DNA of 64,000 bases, from positions 1-64,000 of IMG/VR virus record IMGVR_UViG_3300044712_000557; one strand, 5' to 3'. The DNA is from a virus. A program made the position numbers and the translations under genes. The notes beneath the pieces are model-generated. The model searched no databases and had not been told where the DNA came from. It worked only from the letters and a program-made list of their open reading frames with translations. How positions within the stretch are numbered: the first letter of the stretch is position 1; the number at the start of each line of letters is the position of its first letter. This document shows, in pieces, positions 29,371 to 38,056 of this stretch.

Positions 29371-30712
29371 AGAGGTTGTAGACCTAGATAACCCAGAGGT
29401 TCTCTTGATCGCCGGGGCCTTGATGAAGCCAGCCCTGGCGATCGAGGCGGCTCGCTACGTGACCCATGATGACTTCCAGGACCATCGTATCGGTCAGATC
29501 TGGGGGATCATCATCAAGATGGTCAACGACGGGCTCAAAGAAGACGAGATCGATATCGTAGGCATTGCACATCGGTATAGTACGAACCCGAATGAGCAGC
29601 GGAATATCCGCATGCTCTGCTCTGCGATCACCGATGGGATGCCTCGTGCGACGTCCCTCGTCCTGCTGGCCCAGCGAGTGCGACGTCGCGCTACGATGCG
29701 ATTGGCGATGGGCGAGATCCGCAAGATCGCCGTCGAGCTTCAGTCGCAGATCACTTCCAACGATGGCGACATGCCAGACCTGGACCTGAGGCTGTCTGGG
29801 CTCTCGGTGGCCGTCCATACACGATCTGACCTAACCAAGAAGCGCACGCAGTACAAGGATCTGGGCTCAGAGGTCAGTCGGTACTTCGACGGGCTCATCA
29901 GCGGGGATAAGGGACTCTACGTGCCCACGGGGCTCCCAACCCTGGACCGATACCTTGGTGGAGGATTGCGCCCTGGGCAACTCCACGTCGTCCTAGGGGG
30001 CACGGGATCGGGCAAGACGGCCTTTACCTCGCAGCTATGCGATCGGGCCTCTCTGGCGGGCAAGCGTGCCCTTATGTTCTCGATGGAAGTCGACCCCCTG
30101 GACGTCTACATCCGCGACGTGGAACGGGTAGCTGGGGTGAGCCGCTGGGATCTTAGGTCGAGGGTCCAGGCGGAACGTGAGGCGGCCCAGATGGCCCTCA
30201 TGGAAGCCCAGAATATCATCCTCAACCAGCCTCGTGGGAAGACCGTATACGGGGAGCCGATGTCCCTGGAAGGGATCCGGCAGGCGGTCCTAACGGAGCG
30301 TGTCAGGGGCGGCAAGGTAGACATGATCGGTGTCGACCATGCCCAGGTAACTTTGCCTTCCGAGGGCGAGCTTCGTACGATGCCGCGCTATCTTCAGGTG
30401 AAGAGTACCGCTGAAGGCCTGCGCGCACTGGCTCGCCAGCTAGGCATCGCAGTCGTCTTGACCGCTCAGTTGAATCCGCCACCGAAGGGTGAAGAGCCCA
30501 CGATGGCGATGGTGCGCGAGTCCAAGGACATCAACAACGCCGCTGAAGTTGTCATGCTCATTTTCCATAAGAAGGAAGAGGAGCCGATGACAGGGCAGAT
30601 GTTCATCTCAGAGTCCTGGCTCATCCTTGAGAAGGTGCGCGCTGGCCGCGAGGGGCGCATCGCTCTTAAGTATGACGGCAAGTGCTTCAGGTTTACGGAG
30701 GCTACGTTGTGA
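29363..30712 (+). CDS. dnaB: DnaB-like replicative helicase
   Basis: VPTGLPTLD..GGLRPGQL, GGTGSGKT, FSMEV, VDHAQ, LTAQLN, RES, EKVRAG. Confidence 0.9.
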   Translation: MSEEVVDLDNPEVLLIAGALMKPALAIEAARYVTHDDFQDHRIGQIWGIIIKMVNDGLKEDEIDIVGIAHRYSTNPNEQRNIRMLCSAITDGMPRATSLVLLAQRVRRRATMRLAMGEIRKIAVELQSQITSNDGDMPDLDLRLSGLSVAVHTRSDLTKKRTQYKDLGSEVSRYFDGLISGDKGLYVPTGLPTLDRYLGGGLRPGQLHVVLGGTGSGKTAFTSQLCDRASLAGKRALMFSMEVDPLDVYIRDVERVAGVSRWDLRSRVQAEREAAQMALMEAQNIILNQPRGKTVYGEPMSLEGIRQAVLTERVRGGKVDMIGVDHAQVTLPSEGELRTMPRYLQVKSTAEGLRALARQLGIAVVLTAQLNPPPKGEEPTMAMVRESKDINNAAEVVMLIFHKKEEEPMTGQMFISESWLILEKVRAGREGRIALKYDGKCFRFTEATL

Positions 30713-31230
30713 GCATCGAAGAGAAGTTCGCCGAGGTCGTATCGGAAGGTGTAGGCCCTAGTGGAATCATCTGGCGCGATGAGGTTCGTCGCGTTGGCGA
30801 TCTGCTCGAATGGCCCGACAACCCGCGTAGGATCACCGATGAGCAGGCAAAGCATCTGGCTAAGAGCATCGTCCTCTTCGGCTACGCGGATCCGATCCTC
30901 ATCAACACCGACAACATGATCGTTGGTGGCCACATGCGGCTTCGCGTGATGCGTGTTGCGGGCATGGTGCATGACAACACCAAGATCGCGGTGCGAGTTC
31001 CTAGTAGGCCACTTGACCCAGAGGAATTCGAAGAGCTGGCGATCCGCCTCAACAAGAACGTGGGCACCTGGGATTTCGAGAAGCTCTCTATGAGCTTTGA
31101 CCAGACCAACCTGCGCAATTGGGGCTTCAGCCCGATGGAGTTTGGTATGCAGAGTCAAGATCTGAAGCCCACCAAGCTCAAGCCTGCCCAACAGAAGACA
31201 TGCCCTGAATGTGGAGCGATTCTTCCATGA
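30709..31230 (+). CDS. ParB N-terminal-domain protein
   Basis: NPRRI..LAKSI..FGYADPILI..IVGGHMRL..RLNK. Confidence 0.8.
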   Translation: MSIEEKFAEVVSEGVGPSGIIWRDEVRRVGDLLEWPDNPRRITDEQAKHLAKSIVLFGYADPILINTDNMIVGGHMRLRVMRVAGMVHDNTKIAVRVPSRPLDPEEFEELAIRLNKNVGTWDFEKLSMSFDQTNLRNWGFSPMEFGMQSQDLKPTKLKPAQQKTCPECGAILP

Positions 31231-32087
31231 CGCTAGAAGAGATGGCCATAGCACAGCTAGGTAGTACAATCCGTCGCTTACTTGTCAATCTCTCTCATGC
31301 CGAGGCGAAGACGGAGCAGGCACAGCAGCGGGTGGCAGAGCTGGAGCACCAGCTAGCGACCCATCCGCAGCACGAAGCCTGCCCGAAGTGCTGGCTACGG
31401 CTACAGTCAGTACAGAAGCGCGCGGAGGCTGCGGAGGATCAAGTTCGCAAACTGTCCAAAGAGCGGGACAATCTGCTCGATCGTCTATTGGATGAGCAAA
31501 CTCGAAATGAAGTGGAGCCTTCCGTTAGTGACTGTGGGCATGATTACAGTTGTGGGTTCTGTCGCGCAAGGCGCACTAGATTGGAGGCTGCGGAGCAGCG
31601 AGTGCGTAACGCCGATCAATCGGCGTCACATGCGCTAGCAGTGTCGGAGAAAGCGATAGGGCGCGCGGAGGCTGCGGAGGCTGAGGTGGAGCGGCTCAAG
31701 CGCCTGCTCGCGGAAGGGCACGAGCTGATGGCCGATCTGCACTCCACTCTGGCACAGACGCGGGCCGACCGAGAGGTGTACTTCAAGGCTGGGCAAGAGG
31801 CACAGCGTGACGTAGAGCAGGCACTGGCCGAGGTGGAGCGGCTCAAAGCCGAAGTCGGCATAGGCGCAGGCGTGAAGACGGCAGCCGAAGTGAAGGCACT
31901 GGAGCGCATCGCCAGTCTGGAGGCAGCGCTGGACAGGATCAACACCGAGGTTGAACTTCAGCTTCGCACTGCAACCGGCAAGGATGGCATGACTCACTAC
32001 TTCCAAGGCGACGTTGCCGAGGTTGTGAAGCGCATCACCCAAGTTGTGCGCGAGGAGCGCAAGAAGGCGGGGGTGGGCCGTGGCTGA
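31227..32087 (+). CDS. coiled-coil hypothetical protein
   Basis: Repeated RAEAAEAEVERLK. Confidence 0.65.
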   Translation: MTLEEMAIAQLGSTIRRLLVNLSHAEAKTEQAQQRVAELEHQLATHPQHEACPKCWLRLQSVQKRAEAAEDQVRKLSKERDNLLDRLLDEQTRNEVEPSVSDCGHDYSCGFCRARRTRLEAAEQRVRNADQSASHALAVSEKAIGRAEAAEAEVERLKRLLAEGHELMADLHSTLAQTRADREVYFKAGQEAQRDVEQALAEVERLKAEVGIGAGVKTAAEVKALERIASLEAALDRINTEVELQLRTATGKDGMTHYFQGDVAEVVKRITQVVREERKKAGVGRG

Positions 32088-33154
32088 CGCTAAGCCAACA
32101 TTGGTCGAGATCGACATTCGGCTGGAAACTCTCCAGCGAATCGCTGAGAGGCTCACGACAGGAAACGTCGCCCACGACGGGGCCGAACTCGCCGCCGCGA
32201 TCCGAGCACTTCGCCGACGAATCGGAACGCGGGCGTTCAAGGAGGCCGATCGTGGCTGAGCCCAGCGTGTGCCCTCGCTTCGTAGTCCCGTGGGATGAGC
32301 AGCAGGGATTCAACCCAACCCGTGACGGAGATGTGTCCTGCGATGCTTGCGGTAGGCCACACAGCGAGCACAAGGTGAAGACTCCCAAGCCAACCGCGCG
32401 CAATCTGGAGATGGCAGCGGAGTGGTATCTCGACACCATCCAGACCGTCTCGTCTTTGGCTGAAGTGATTGCCGTGGCCCGCGATGAGGTCCGCGCCGAG
32501 GAGCGGAAGCGGGCAGTGAGGATCATTCAACACGTGTTCGCTCGTGCGAAGAGAAACGAAATTATGCTCAGCCCCCCCGTAATTGGACGCGCGATTGGGG
32601 AGATCCTGCGCCGCCTGCGGGAGGAGGGGGCGTGAGTCTCTGGCGAACATGGGTAGCTCCAGATGATGGCTTGGTCACCTTCTGGAGCTACCGACGTCTT
32701 CCCGATGGAAGCTTTAAGGCTGATTTTGAGCTACAGCTCCCTTATGAGGAAGTGCTGGATCAGAATGGAAACACCCTTTCCGAGGTAGAGGTTGACGATG
32801 AGTGAGGCACTGGTCAAGAGGATCGAACAGCTAGAGGAGGCCTTGCGCTACATCAGGGACGGCTGGGACCACGACGAAGATTGTCATAGGTACTCCACTG
32901 CGTGCTTCATTTGCGTAGCCGATGAAGCTCTCAAGCCTGTGGTACTCTACGATACCAACCCATTTACGGGGCATCCTGAATGTGTGAAGCAGTAGATACT
33001 ACCGATAGCCGCTACCCTGGTTGGTACTGCTGTCGAGACAACACGTTCAACGGCGCTCGCGCCAAGGCATGCCGCGTCTGTAAGCATGCGAGGGACAACA
33101 AAGAGACTCCAGTGGTCATCCCACGTCCTCCGCGTAGGAAGAAGAGGATCGTGA

Positions 33155-33679
33155 GTGAAGCCACGCCAGTGCAGCAAGTGCAGAAAGCCAAGCCTGTGGC
33201 GCAAGGTAAAGCCCGAAGGGTCAAACCGAAACAGATTCGAATGCGTAGAGTGCGGAAGTCCAACAAGGCCGATTAAGGGGCTGCGCAAGAAGTCGTACAT
33301 GCCGCCTGGGCTGTACGGCTATCGGCAGAAGGTGAAGGTGGCGAATGATCTTTGGCGACATCTCATCTACGCCAAGGCGAATGATGGTCGGTGCGCAGTC
33401 TGTGGAACCCAAAAAGGTCTACAGGCCATGCACCTATTCCCGAAGGGTCGCTATCCCCATTTACGTTTCGAGCTGGACAATGGCGCTCCCGGTTGTCCAG
33501 GCTGCCACCGACGTCTCACTAACGATCACGAAGCCCATCGTGACTTTTGCATAAGGTATCTGGGCGCAGAGAAGTATGAGGCCCTCAGGCTCATGTCGAT
33601 CTCGCGCGGGAAGGTAGATGTGGCGCTAGTGATTCTGCGTCTTCAGAAGTTGACCGATGAAAACAAGCATAGCGGCTAA
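33155..33679 (+). CDS. NinG/Rap-like HNH protein
   Basis: CAVCG..QAMHLF..LRFELDN..CPGCH. Confidence 0.7.
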   Translation: MKPRQCSKCRKPSLWRKVKPEGSNRNRFECVECGSPTRPIKGLRKKSYMPPGLYGYRQKVKVANDLWRHLIYAKANDGRCAVCGTQKGLQAMHLFPKGRYPHLRFELDNGAPGCPGCHRRLTNDHEAHRDFCIRYLGAEKYEALRLMSISRGKVDVALVILRLQKLTDENKHSG

Positions 33680-34226
33680 GCTATGGCAGCGCCCGCAGCC
33701 CACTGAAACGAAATTCGTTGATTGCTACGTATCGAGGCCAGCGCCGCTCATCATCAAGAAGACTAGTGATCTCTGGAGCAATCCTAAGGTCTTAGTGGAC
33801 AGCGAGATCAATCCGTACGACAAGGATCTCCTTCACTTCAAGCTGAACTATGTACTAGAGGAAACGAAGTACCAAGAGGAGATTGCCGTCTACTCAGAAG
33901 TCTCTCGCGAAGAGGCTGAGGCTGTACAGAAAGTCGTCCAGGACGAGATAGCCAAGATAGAGCGGAAGGCGGAAGAGCAGCAACAGGCGAAAATCGCCAG
34001 TCAAATGGCCGCCTTCGGCGCAGCCCAGCTTCAGAAGATGCAGGAGCAGCTAGTCGTTAAGTCGACGCAGGCGCAGCCATTCTTCGATTACTATGGAACT
34101 ACGCATGGGTATCTACCCAAGCATACTGCAGTAGCTACTGCCCCTAAGATCGAGCCGCCCGTTGAGCCGAAGCCCGCATTCGAAGTGCCAGAAGAACCTA
34201 AGAGGTGGATGAAGAAAGATGGATGA
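33657..34226 (+). CDS. hypothetical protein
   Basis: Long ORF in operon. Confidence 0.6.
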   Translation: MKTSIAAKLWQRPQPTETKFVDCYVSRPAPLIIKKTSDLWSNPKVLVDSEINPYDKDLLHFKLNYVLEETKYQEEIAVYSEVSREEAEAVQKVVQDEIAKIERKAEEQQQAKIASQMAAFGAAQLQKMQEQLVVKSTQAQPFFDYYGTTHGYLPKHTAVATAPKIEPPVEPKPAFEVPEEPKRWMKKDG

Positions 34227-34435
34227 AATGGAACGCTGGAAGGCGTACAAGACTTTCGTGGCCGAGTTGTATGACGCCCTGGAAGATGGAGAGTGGGGAA
34301 TGATCGCCTGGGACGATGAGGACAAGGGTGACTTTCAGGAGGCGATCCGTACGGCTTGGGCGCGAACATTCCCGGTGGCAAATCCTAACACCAGGGAACC
34401 TTGACCCGTAGTGTAATCTGCTAGTTAAGGACGTT

Positions 34436-34507
34436 GGGAGTGGGTGCTGAGCACGGGGCAGCCTCCAAAGCTGAACCGGCAGGGTTCGATTCCTTGCACT
34501 CCCGCCA
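34436..34507 (+). tRNA. tRNA-Trp(CCA)
   Basis: GGGAGTG/CACTCCC acceptor; CT-CCA-AA loop; TTCGATT; CCA end. Confidence 0.85.
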
Positions 34508-34616
34508 TCCTGCTCGTGCCGAGAAGGGCATGAGAGCCAGTTGGAGGATGTAGCTGGCACGGCGCGCACTGATCGCCGGGATGTCTTTGACAACGCGGAT
34601 CGTAAGTAACTACTGA

Positions 34617-34690
34617 GCGGCAGTGGTGTAGCGATAGCACGCGATTCTGCCAAGTTCGCAGTGCGGGTTTAACTCCCGCCTGCCGCTCCA
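34617..34690 (+). tRNA. tRNA-Gly(GCC)
   Basis: GCGGCAG/CTGCCGC; CT-GCC-AA; U73 CCA; T loop TTTAACT. Confidence 0.85.
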
Positions 34691-34699
34691 AATTCGTAT

Positions 34700-34790
34700 G
34701 GGGGGTTAGCCTCAATCTGGTAAGGCACCCGGCTGTAACCCGGCGGTTGGTCACCATGCCATCGTGGTTCAAATCCACGACTCCCCACCA
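34700..34790 (+). tRNA. tRNA-Tyr(GTA)
   Basis: CT-GTA-AC loop; long variable arm; CCA. Confidence 0.9.
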
Positions 34791-34796
34791 TTCAGC

Positions 34797-34870
34797 GCGT
34801 CCTTGGTGTAGCACTAACACGCTATCCTTCCAAGTTAGAGTCGAGGGTGGGACTCCCTCAGGACGCTCCA
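34797..34870 (+). tRNA. tRNA-Gly(TCC)
   Basis: GCGTCCT/AGGACGC; CT-TCC-AA; T loop TGGGACT. Confidence 0.8.
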
Positions 34871-34940
34871 TCACAGCTAGGGCAAGAACGCGCCTAGCTA
34901 GCCGTGCCCCCGTGGTCCAGACTGGCCAGGGGGTTCGTTC

Positions 34941-35014
34941 GCCGCCCTAGTTCAATAGCAGAATGGATCCTTGGTAAGGATCTGACATCGGAGCGTAACC
35001 GATGGGCGGCTCCA
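34941..35014 (+). tRNA. tRNA-Thr(GGT)
   Basis: GCCGCCC/GGGCGGC; TT-GGT-AA; T loop AGCGTAA. Confidence 0.8.
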
Positions 35015-35015
35015 T

Positions 35016-35090
35016 CCCTCACAGGTGTTATGGCAGCATTCCAGGCTCTTAACCTGCGCGGTCAGAGTTCAAATCTCTGGTGGGGGACCA
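35016..35090 (+). tRNA. tRNA-Lys(CTT)
   Basis: CCCTCAC/GTGGGGG; CT-CTT-AA; A8/U14. Confidence 0.85.
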
Positions 35091-35095
35091 AATTC

Positions 35096-35173
35096 GCGAG
35101 TGTGACGGTAACTGGCAAACCTAGCAGGTCGAGAGCCTGCTGTTTGTGGGTTCAACTCCCACCGCTCGCACCA
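35096..35173 (+). tRNA. tRNA-Leu(GAG), short variable loop
   Basis: GCAGG-TC-GAG-AG-CCTGC; A73 CCA. Confidence 0.8.
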
Positions 35174-35174
35174 T

Positions 35175-35250
35175 GCCAGCGTACTCCAACAGCAGAGAGA
35201 CGCGACTCAGACTCGCGACAGTGGTGGTGCGAATCCACTCGCTGGCACCA
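35175..35250 (+). tRNA. tRNA-Leu(CAG), short variable loop
   Basis: CGCGA-CT-CAG-AC-TCGCG. Confidence 0.85.
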
Positions 35251-35251
35251 T

Positions 35252-35327
35252 GGCGCACTATCCCAACGGCAGAGGAACGGGTCTTAGAAGCCCGCAAGTC
35301 TGGGTTCAAATCCCAGGTGCGCCACCA
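35252..35327 (+). tRNA. tRNA-Leu(TAG), short variable loop
   Basis: CGGGT-CT-TAG-AA-GCCCG. Confidence 0.85.
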
Positions 35328-35420
35328 ACCTGACGTGCTTTGCGCCTATGACTCGTGATCCTTGAGGGGAGGGACACGACGAGGATGCGCTCCTTAAGCA
35401 AGAGTGAAACATTCCCTCAT

Positions 35421-35496
35421 CGGCACGTAGCCCAACGGCAGAGGCAGCAGCCTTAAAACCTGCTCAGTGAGAGTTCGAATCTCTCGGTGCCGACCA
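35421..35496 (+). tRNA. tRNA-Leu(TAA), short variable loop
   Basis: CT-TAA-AA loop; TTCGAAT; CCA. Confidence 0.8.
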
Positions 35497-35497
35497 T

Positions 35498-35575
35498 CGC
35501 CGACTGATGTAACTTGGCAAACATCCTCGTCTCAAAAACGAGGTCTTCTGGGTTCAACTCCCAGGTCGGCGACCA
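35498..35575 (+). tRNA. tRNA-Leu(CAA), short variable loop
   Basis: CTCGT-CT-CAA-AA-ACGAG. Confidence 0.85.
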
Positions 35576-35592
35576 TCTTGATTCTTCATGAA

Positions 35593-35671
35593 GGGGTACG
35601 AGAGAGCTTGGCGTTCTCTCTGCGTTGTCAGCGCAGGTAATCGGTGGGTTCAAATCCCACGTACCCCGCCA
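35593..35671 (+). tRNA. tRNA-Asp(GTC)
   Basis: GGGGTAC/GTACCCC; TT-GTC-AG; G73 CCA. Confidence 0.85.
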
Positions 35672-35687
35672 TGAGTAATCAAGAAGC

Positions 35688-35760
35688 AGGGGCAGGAGTG
35701 GGTTCGAATCCCACCATGAATGCGGGAGCGTTCGTGTGGTGTATAGGAAGCACGTCCCCT
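35688..35760 (+). ncRNA. circularly permuted tRNA-like RNA 1 (YrlA-like arm order)
   Basis: AGGGG - T arm GTGGG/TTCGAAT/CCCAC - 9-bp acceptor-like stem closed by GGGA - TG - D arm GTGT/ATAGGAA/GCAC - CCCCT. Confidence 0.7.
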
Positions 35761-35771
35761 TAAAAGCATAA

Positions 35772-35888
35772 GCGGGTGGAGCGGTTCGACTCCGCACTGT
35801 CGCAGTGTCCTAGGAATCACACAGAGTGGTCATGCCCACGCGAAAGGCGCTCTGACGTGACAGCTTAGTGTAACGGTAGCACACCCGC
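35772..35888 (+). ncRNA. circularly permuted tRNA-like RNA 2 with inserted domain
   Basis: GCGGGT - T arm GCGG/TTCGACT/CCGC - CTGTCGC..53 nt..GTGACAG - D arm GTGT/AACGGTA/GCAC - ACCCGC. Confidence 0.65.
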
Positions 35889-36040
35889 ACATACCAAAGC
35901 ACACACGAATGATCTTCCGATGCGTGCGCTCTACGGCTCTGCAGGGCCGGCGATACGAAGATCATATTAGCCCCGTGGTACGAGCGCTGTGGAGCGCCTG
36001 TGGCCACAGCAGCGCAAACGGCCACGGGGTATTACAATTC

Positions 36041-36114
36041 GGGCGACGAGTAGGACGGGAATACGGCTGGTTTGCACCCAGCAAGACAGGGTTCGACTCC
36101 CTGGTTGTCCACCA
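36041..36114 (+). tRNA. tRNA-Ala(TGC)
   Basis: G3:U70; TT-TGC-AC; CCA. Confidence 0.85.
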
Positions 36115-36287
36115 AATACTGCCAGCGGTGATGCTGGTTGTGGGGATGCCGGCTATCCCACGGCGACTTCTTTGCGTGAGTGGAGCAATAGTAGTCGCAG
36201 ATTAGTCCGGCCAGCGTGAAACGCAAGGTCACTCCTTAGTGACAGGGGGATCCGGCAATGCCTGAGGCATCCAGTACTCCCCCATTT

Positions 36288-36364
36288 GGCCTCGTCTTCT
36301 AACTGGTCGAGGATACTGCCCTCTCAAGGCGGCGATACCGGTTCGATCCCGGTCGAGGCTACCA
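36288..36364 (+). tRNA. tRNA-Glu(CTC)
   Basis: CT-CTC-AA; canonical arms; CCA. Confidence 0.9.
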
Positions 36365-36379
36365 TCCGATAGGAGACGA

Positions 36380-36730
36380 ATGTCGTACGATCATAAGTTG
36401 TACATGAGAGAGTGGTACAAGAAGAACAAGAAGAAGCACGTTGGGTACGTTTCTTCTTCCAAGTCTTCTGTATGCCTCTACATCGACAACGCAAAGAGGT
36501 GCCCATGTTCCGACTGCGGGAAGACTTACCCCACTTATGTGATGCAGTTTGATCACGTCCGTGGTCGTAAGTTGGTAGCTCTCTCAAGAGCTGCCCAAAG
36601 CGGGCTTGGGATGCAAAGAGTCAAAGACGAGATAGCAAAATGCGAGGTTGTGTGCGCGAATTGCCACGCCGAGCGAACTCATCAAAGGTTGTTGTTGCGG
36701 GGTAGGGCAGTCCCTACACAAGTCTCATAA
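36380..36730 (+). CDS. HNH endonuclease-like protein 1
   Basis: CSDCG..MQFDHVRG..CEVVCANCH; AGGAG RBS. Confidence 0.8.
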   Translation: MSYDHKLYMREWYKKNKKKHVGYVSSSKSSVCLYIDNAKRCPCSDCGKTYPTYVMQFDHVRGRKLVALSRAAQSGLGMQRVKDEIAKCEVVCANCHAERTHQRLLLRGRAVPTQVS

Positions 36731-36768
36731 ACTTGATGGCGAGCGTGCAACTCGCTCCTCCGCTCCCA
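36696..36768 (+). tRNA. tRNA-Met(CAT), fMet-like acceptor, reduced D arm
   Basis: TGCGGGG acceptor with 1:72 mismatch; CT-CAT-AA. Confidence 0.65.
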
Positions 36769-36769
36769 T

Positions 36770-36844
36770 GGTTCTCTAGTGAAATGGCCATCACGACAGG
36801 CTTACACCCTGTTATTCAGAGTTCGAATCTCTGGGGAACCACCA
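36770..36844 (+). tRNA. tRNA-Val(TAC)
   Basis: ACAGG-CT-TAC-AC-CCTGT. Confidence 0.9.
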
Positions 36845-36845
36845 T

Positions 36846-36919
36846 GGCAGTCCAAGATGGAGTTTCAGGCGCGCTCATAACGCGTATCTGGGCAGGTTCG
36901 AATCCTGCGGCTGCCACCA
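36846..36919 (+). tRNA. tRNA-Met/Ile2(CAT), degenerate D arm
   Basis: GGCAGTC/GGCTGCC; CT-CAT-AA; TTCGAAT. Confidence 0.7.
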
Positions 36920-37002
36920 TCTACGGTTAGAAGTAGGCCCACTCAAATGAGAGCGACCCAGCGGAATTGCTAACCGCTCATCGGTTGCGTGTGGGTCTAC
37001 TT

Positions 37003-37078
37003 GTGGCCGTAGTGTTAACGGTAAGCACGGGGAGTTGTGGCCTCCCTAGTCGCAGTTCAAATCTGCGCGGTCACCCCA
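37003..37078 (+). tRNA. tRNA-His(GTG)
   Basis: GGGAG-TT-GTG-GC-CTCCC; C73; no encoded G-1. Confidence 0.85.
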
Positions 37079-37091
37079 ATTGAGGAGAGAG

Positions 37092-37379
37092 ATGCCAAGC
37101 AGGGGAGCGAAGCGTACTGGGCAGTTCAAGGCGAGGTATAAGCTACGCTACGAATTGATCAACAGGCTAAAGGACAAGCCATGCGCTGAGTGTGGAAGTA
37201 CGTTCCCGACATACGTGATGGAGTTTGATCATGTACGTGGCGAGAAGAAGTGCAACGTGCCAAAGTTGTGGCATTGCAGCGAGGCGGTCTTTCTAGAGGA
37301 AGTATCGAAGTGCGACGTGGTGTGTTCCAATTGCCACAAGATTCGCACGAGGACAAGAGTTCACGGGGATGTAGGGTAG
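37092..37379 (+). CDS. HNH endonuclease-like protein 2 (paralog of 36380)
   Basis: CAECG..MEFDHVRG..CDVVCSNCH; GAGGAG RBS. Confidence 0.8.
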   Translation: MPSRGAKRTGQFKARYKLRYELINRLKDKPCAECGSTFPTYVMEFDHVRGEKKCNVPKLWHCSEAVFLEEVSKCDVVCSNCHKIRTRTRVHGDVG

Positions 37380-37440
37380 TGGATTGCCCGCGTGGTTTGG
37401 GACCACGAAAGCGCAGGTTCGAGTCCTGTCATCCCCACCA
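37365..37440 (+). tRNA. tRNA-Pro(TGG)
   Basis: CGTGG-TT-TGG-GA-CCACG. Confidence 0.9.
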
Positions 37441-37506
37441 TTCGGGCGAGTAGCTGCGCCCTGCGAAGATTGACGCAGAACCTACGACGTAGGGGCTACA
37501 CAGAAC

Positions 37507-37585
37507 GGGGATATAGAGAAGCCTGCATTTTCTCACTCGCTTCGGAGGCGAACAAGCGCTGGTTGAAATCCAGCTATCCCCACCA
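37507..37585 (+). tRNA. tRNA-Pro(CGG)
   Basis: GGGGATA/TATCCCC; TT-CGG-AG; T loop TTGAAAT. Confidence 0.75.
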
Positions 37586-37812
37586 TCTCATGAGGCGGCT
37601 CGCCCAAGGAGCCGTACGCCCGATGCGAGTGAGCAGAAGGCTGAAGGTGCGACGGCATCGCTTGGGCACAGAATGTAGCGCGGGCAGTAAGCTAGACCAT
37701 GGGGACGCTAAGCGCCCCTGGGTCAAGTGCTCCTCAATCCTTCCTGGCCTACGTGCTCACACACGTAGTGGATCGGAGCCTGGGCTGCCCCCACTTGAAT
37801 TCATAGACTTAT

Positions 37813-37888
37813 TGGGGCTTAGCATAATGGCAGTGCGGTAGGCTCTGACCCTACGCCAATAGAGGTTCGACTCCTCTAGCCCCAGCCA
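37813..37888 (+). tRNA. tRNA-Gln(CTG)
   Basis: GTAGG-CT-CTG-AC-CCTAC; U1:A72; G73. Confidence 0.9.
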
Positions 37889-37896
37889 ACTTCCGT

Positions 37897-37973
37897 TCCT
37901 CAGTGGTGTAACTGGTAAGACCCCCGACTGTTAATCGGTGAGATTGTAGGTTCGAATCCTACCTGAGGAGCCA
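37897..37973 (+). tRNA. tRNA-Asn(GTT)
   Basis: TCCTCAG/CTGAGGA; CT-GTT-AA. Confidence 0.9.
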
Positions 37974-37974
37974 T

Positions 37975-38049
37975 CCCTCGCAAGTGTTACGGCAGCATAG
38001 CGGGCTTTTAACCCGACAGGTCAGAGTTCGAATCTCTGGCGAGGGACCA
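37975..38049 (+). tRNA. tRNA-Lys(TTT)
   Basis: CCCTCGC/GCGAGGG; CT-TTT-AA; A8/U14. Confidence 0.85.
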
Positions 38050-38056
38050 TTTCTAC

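Noticed and set aside
35772-35888. Two-piece (permuted) tmRNA
   Set aside because: Has a full D stem, no G3:U70 pair, no CCA and no tag reading frame
37445-37500. Hammerhead ribozyme in a three-way junction
   Set aside because: CUGANGA and GAAA core motifs are absent
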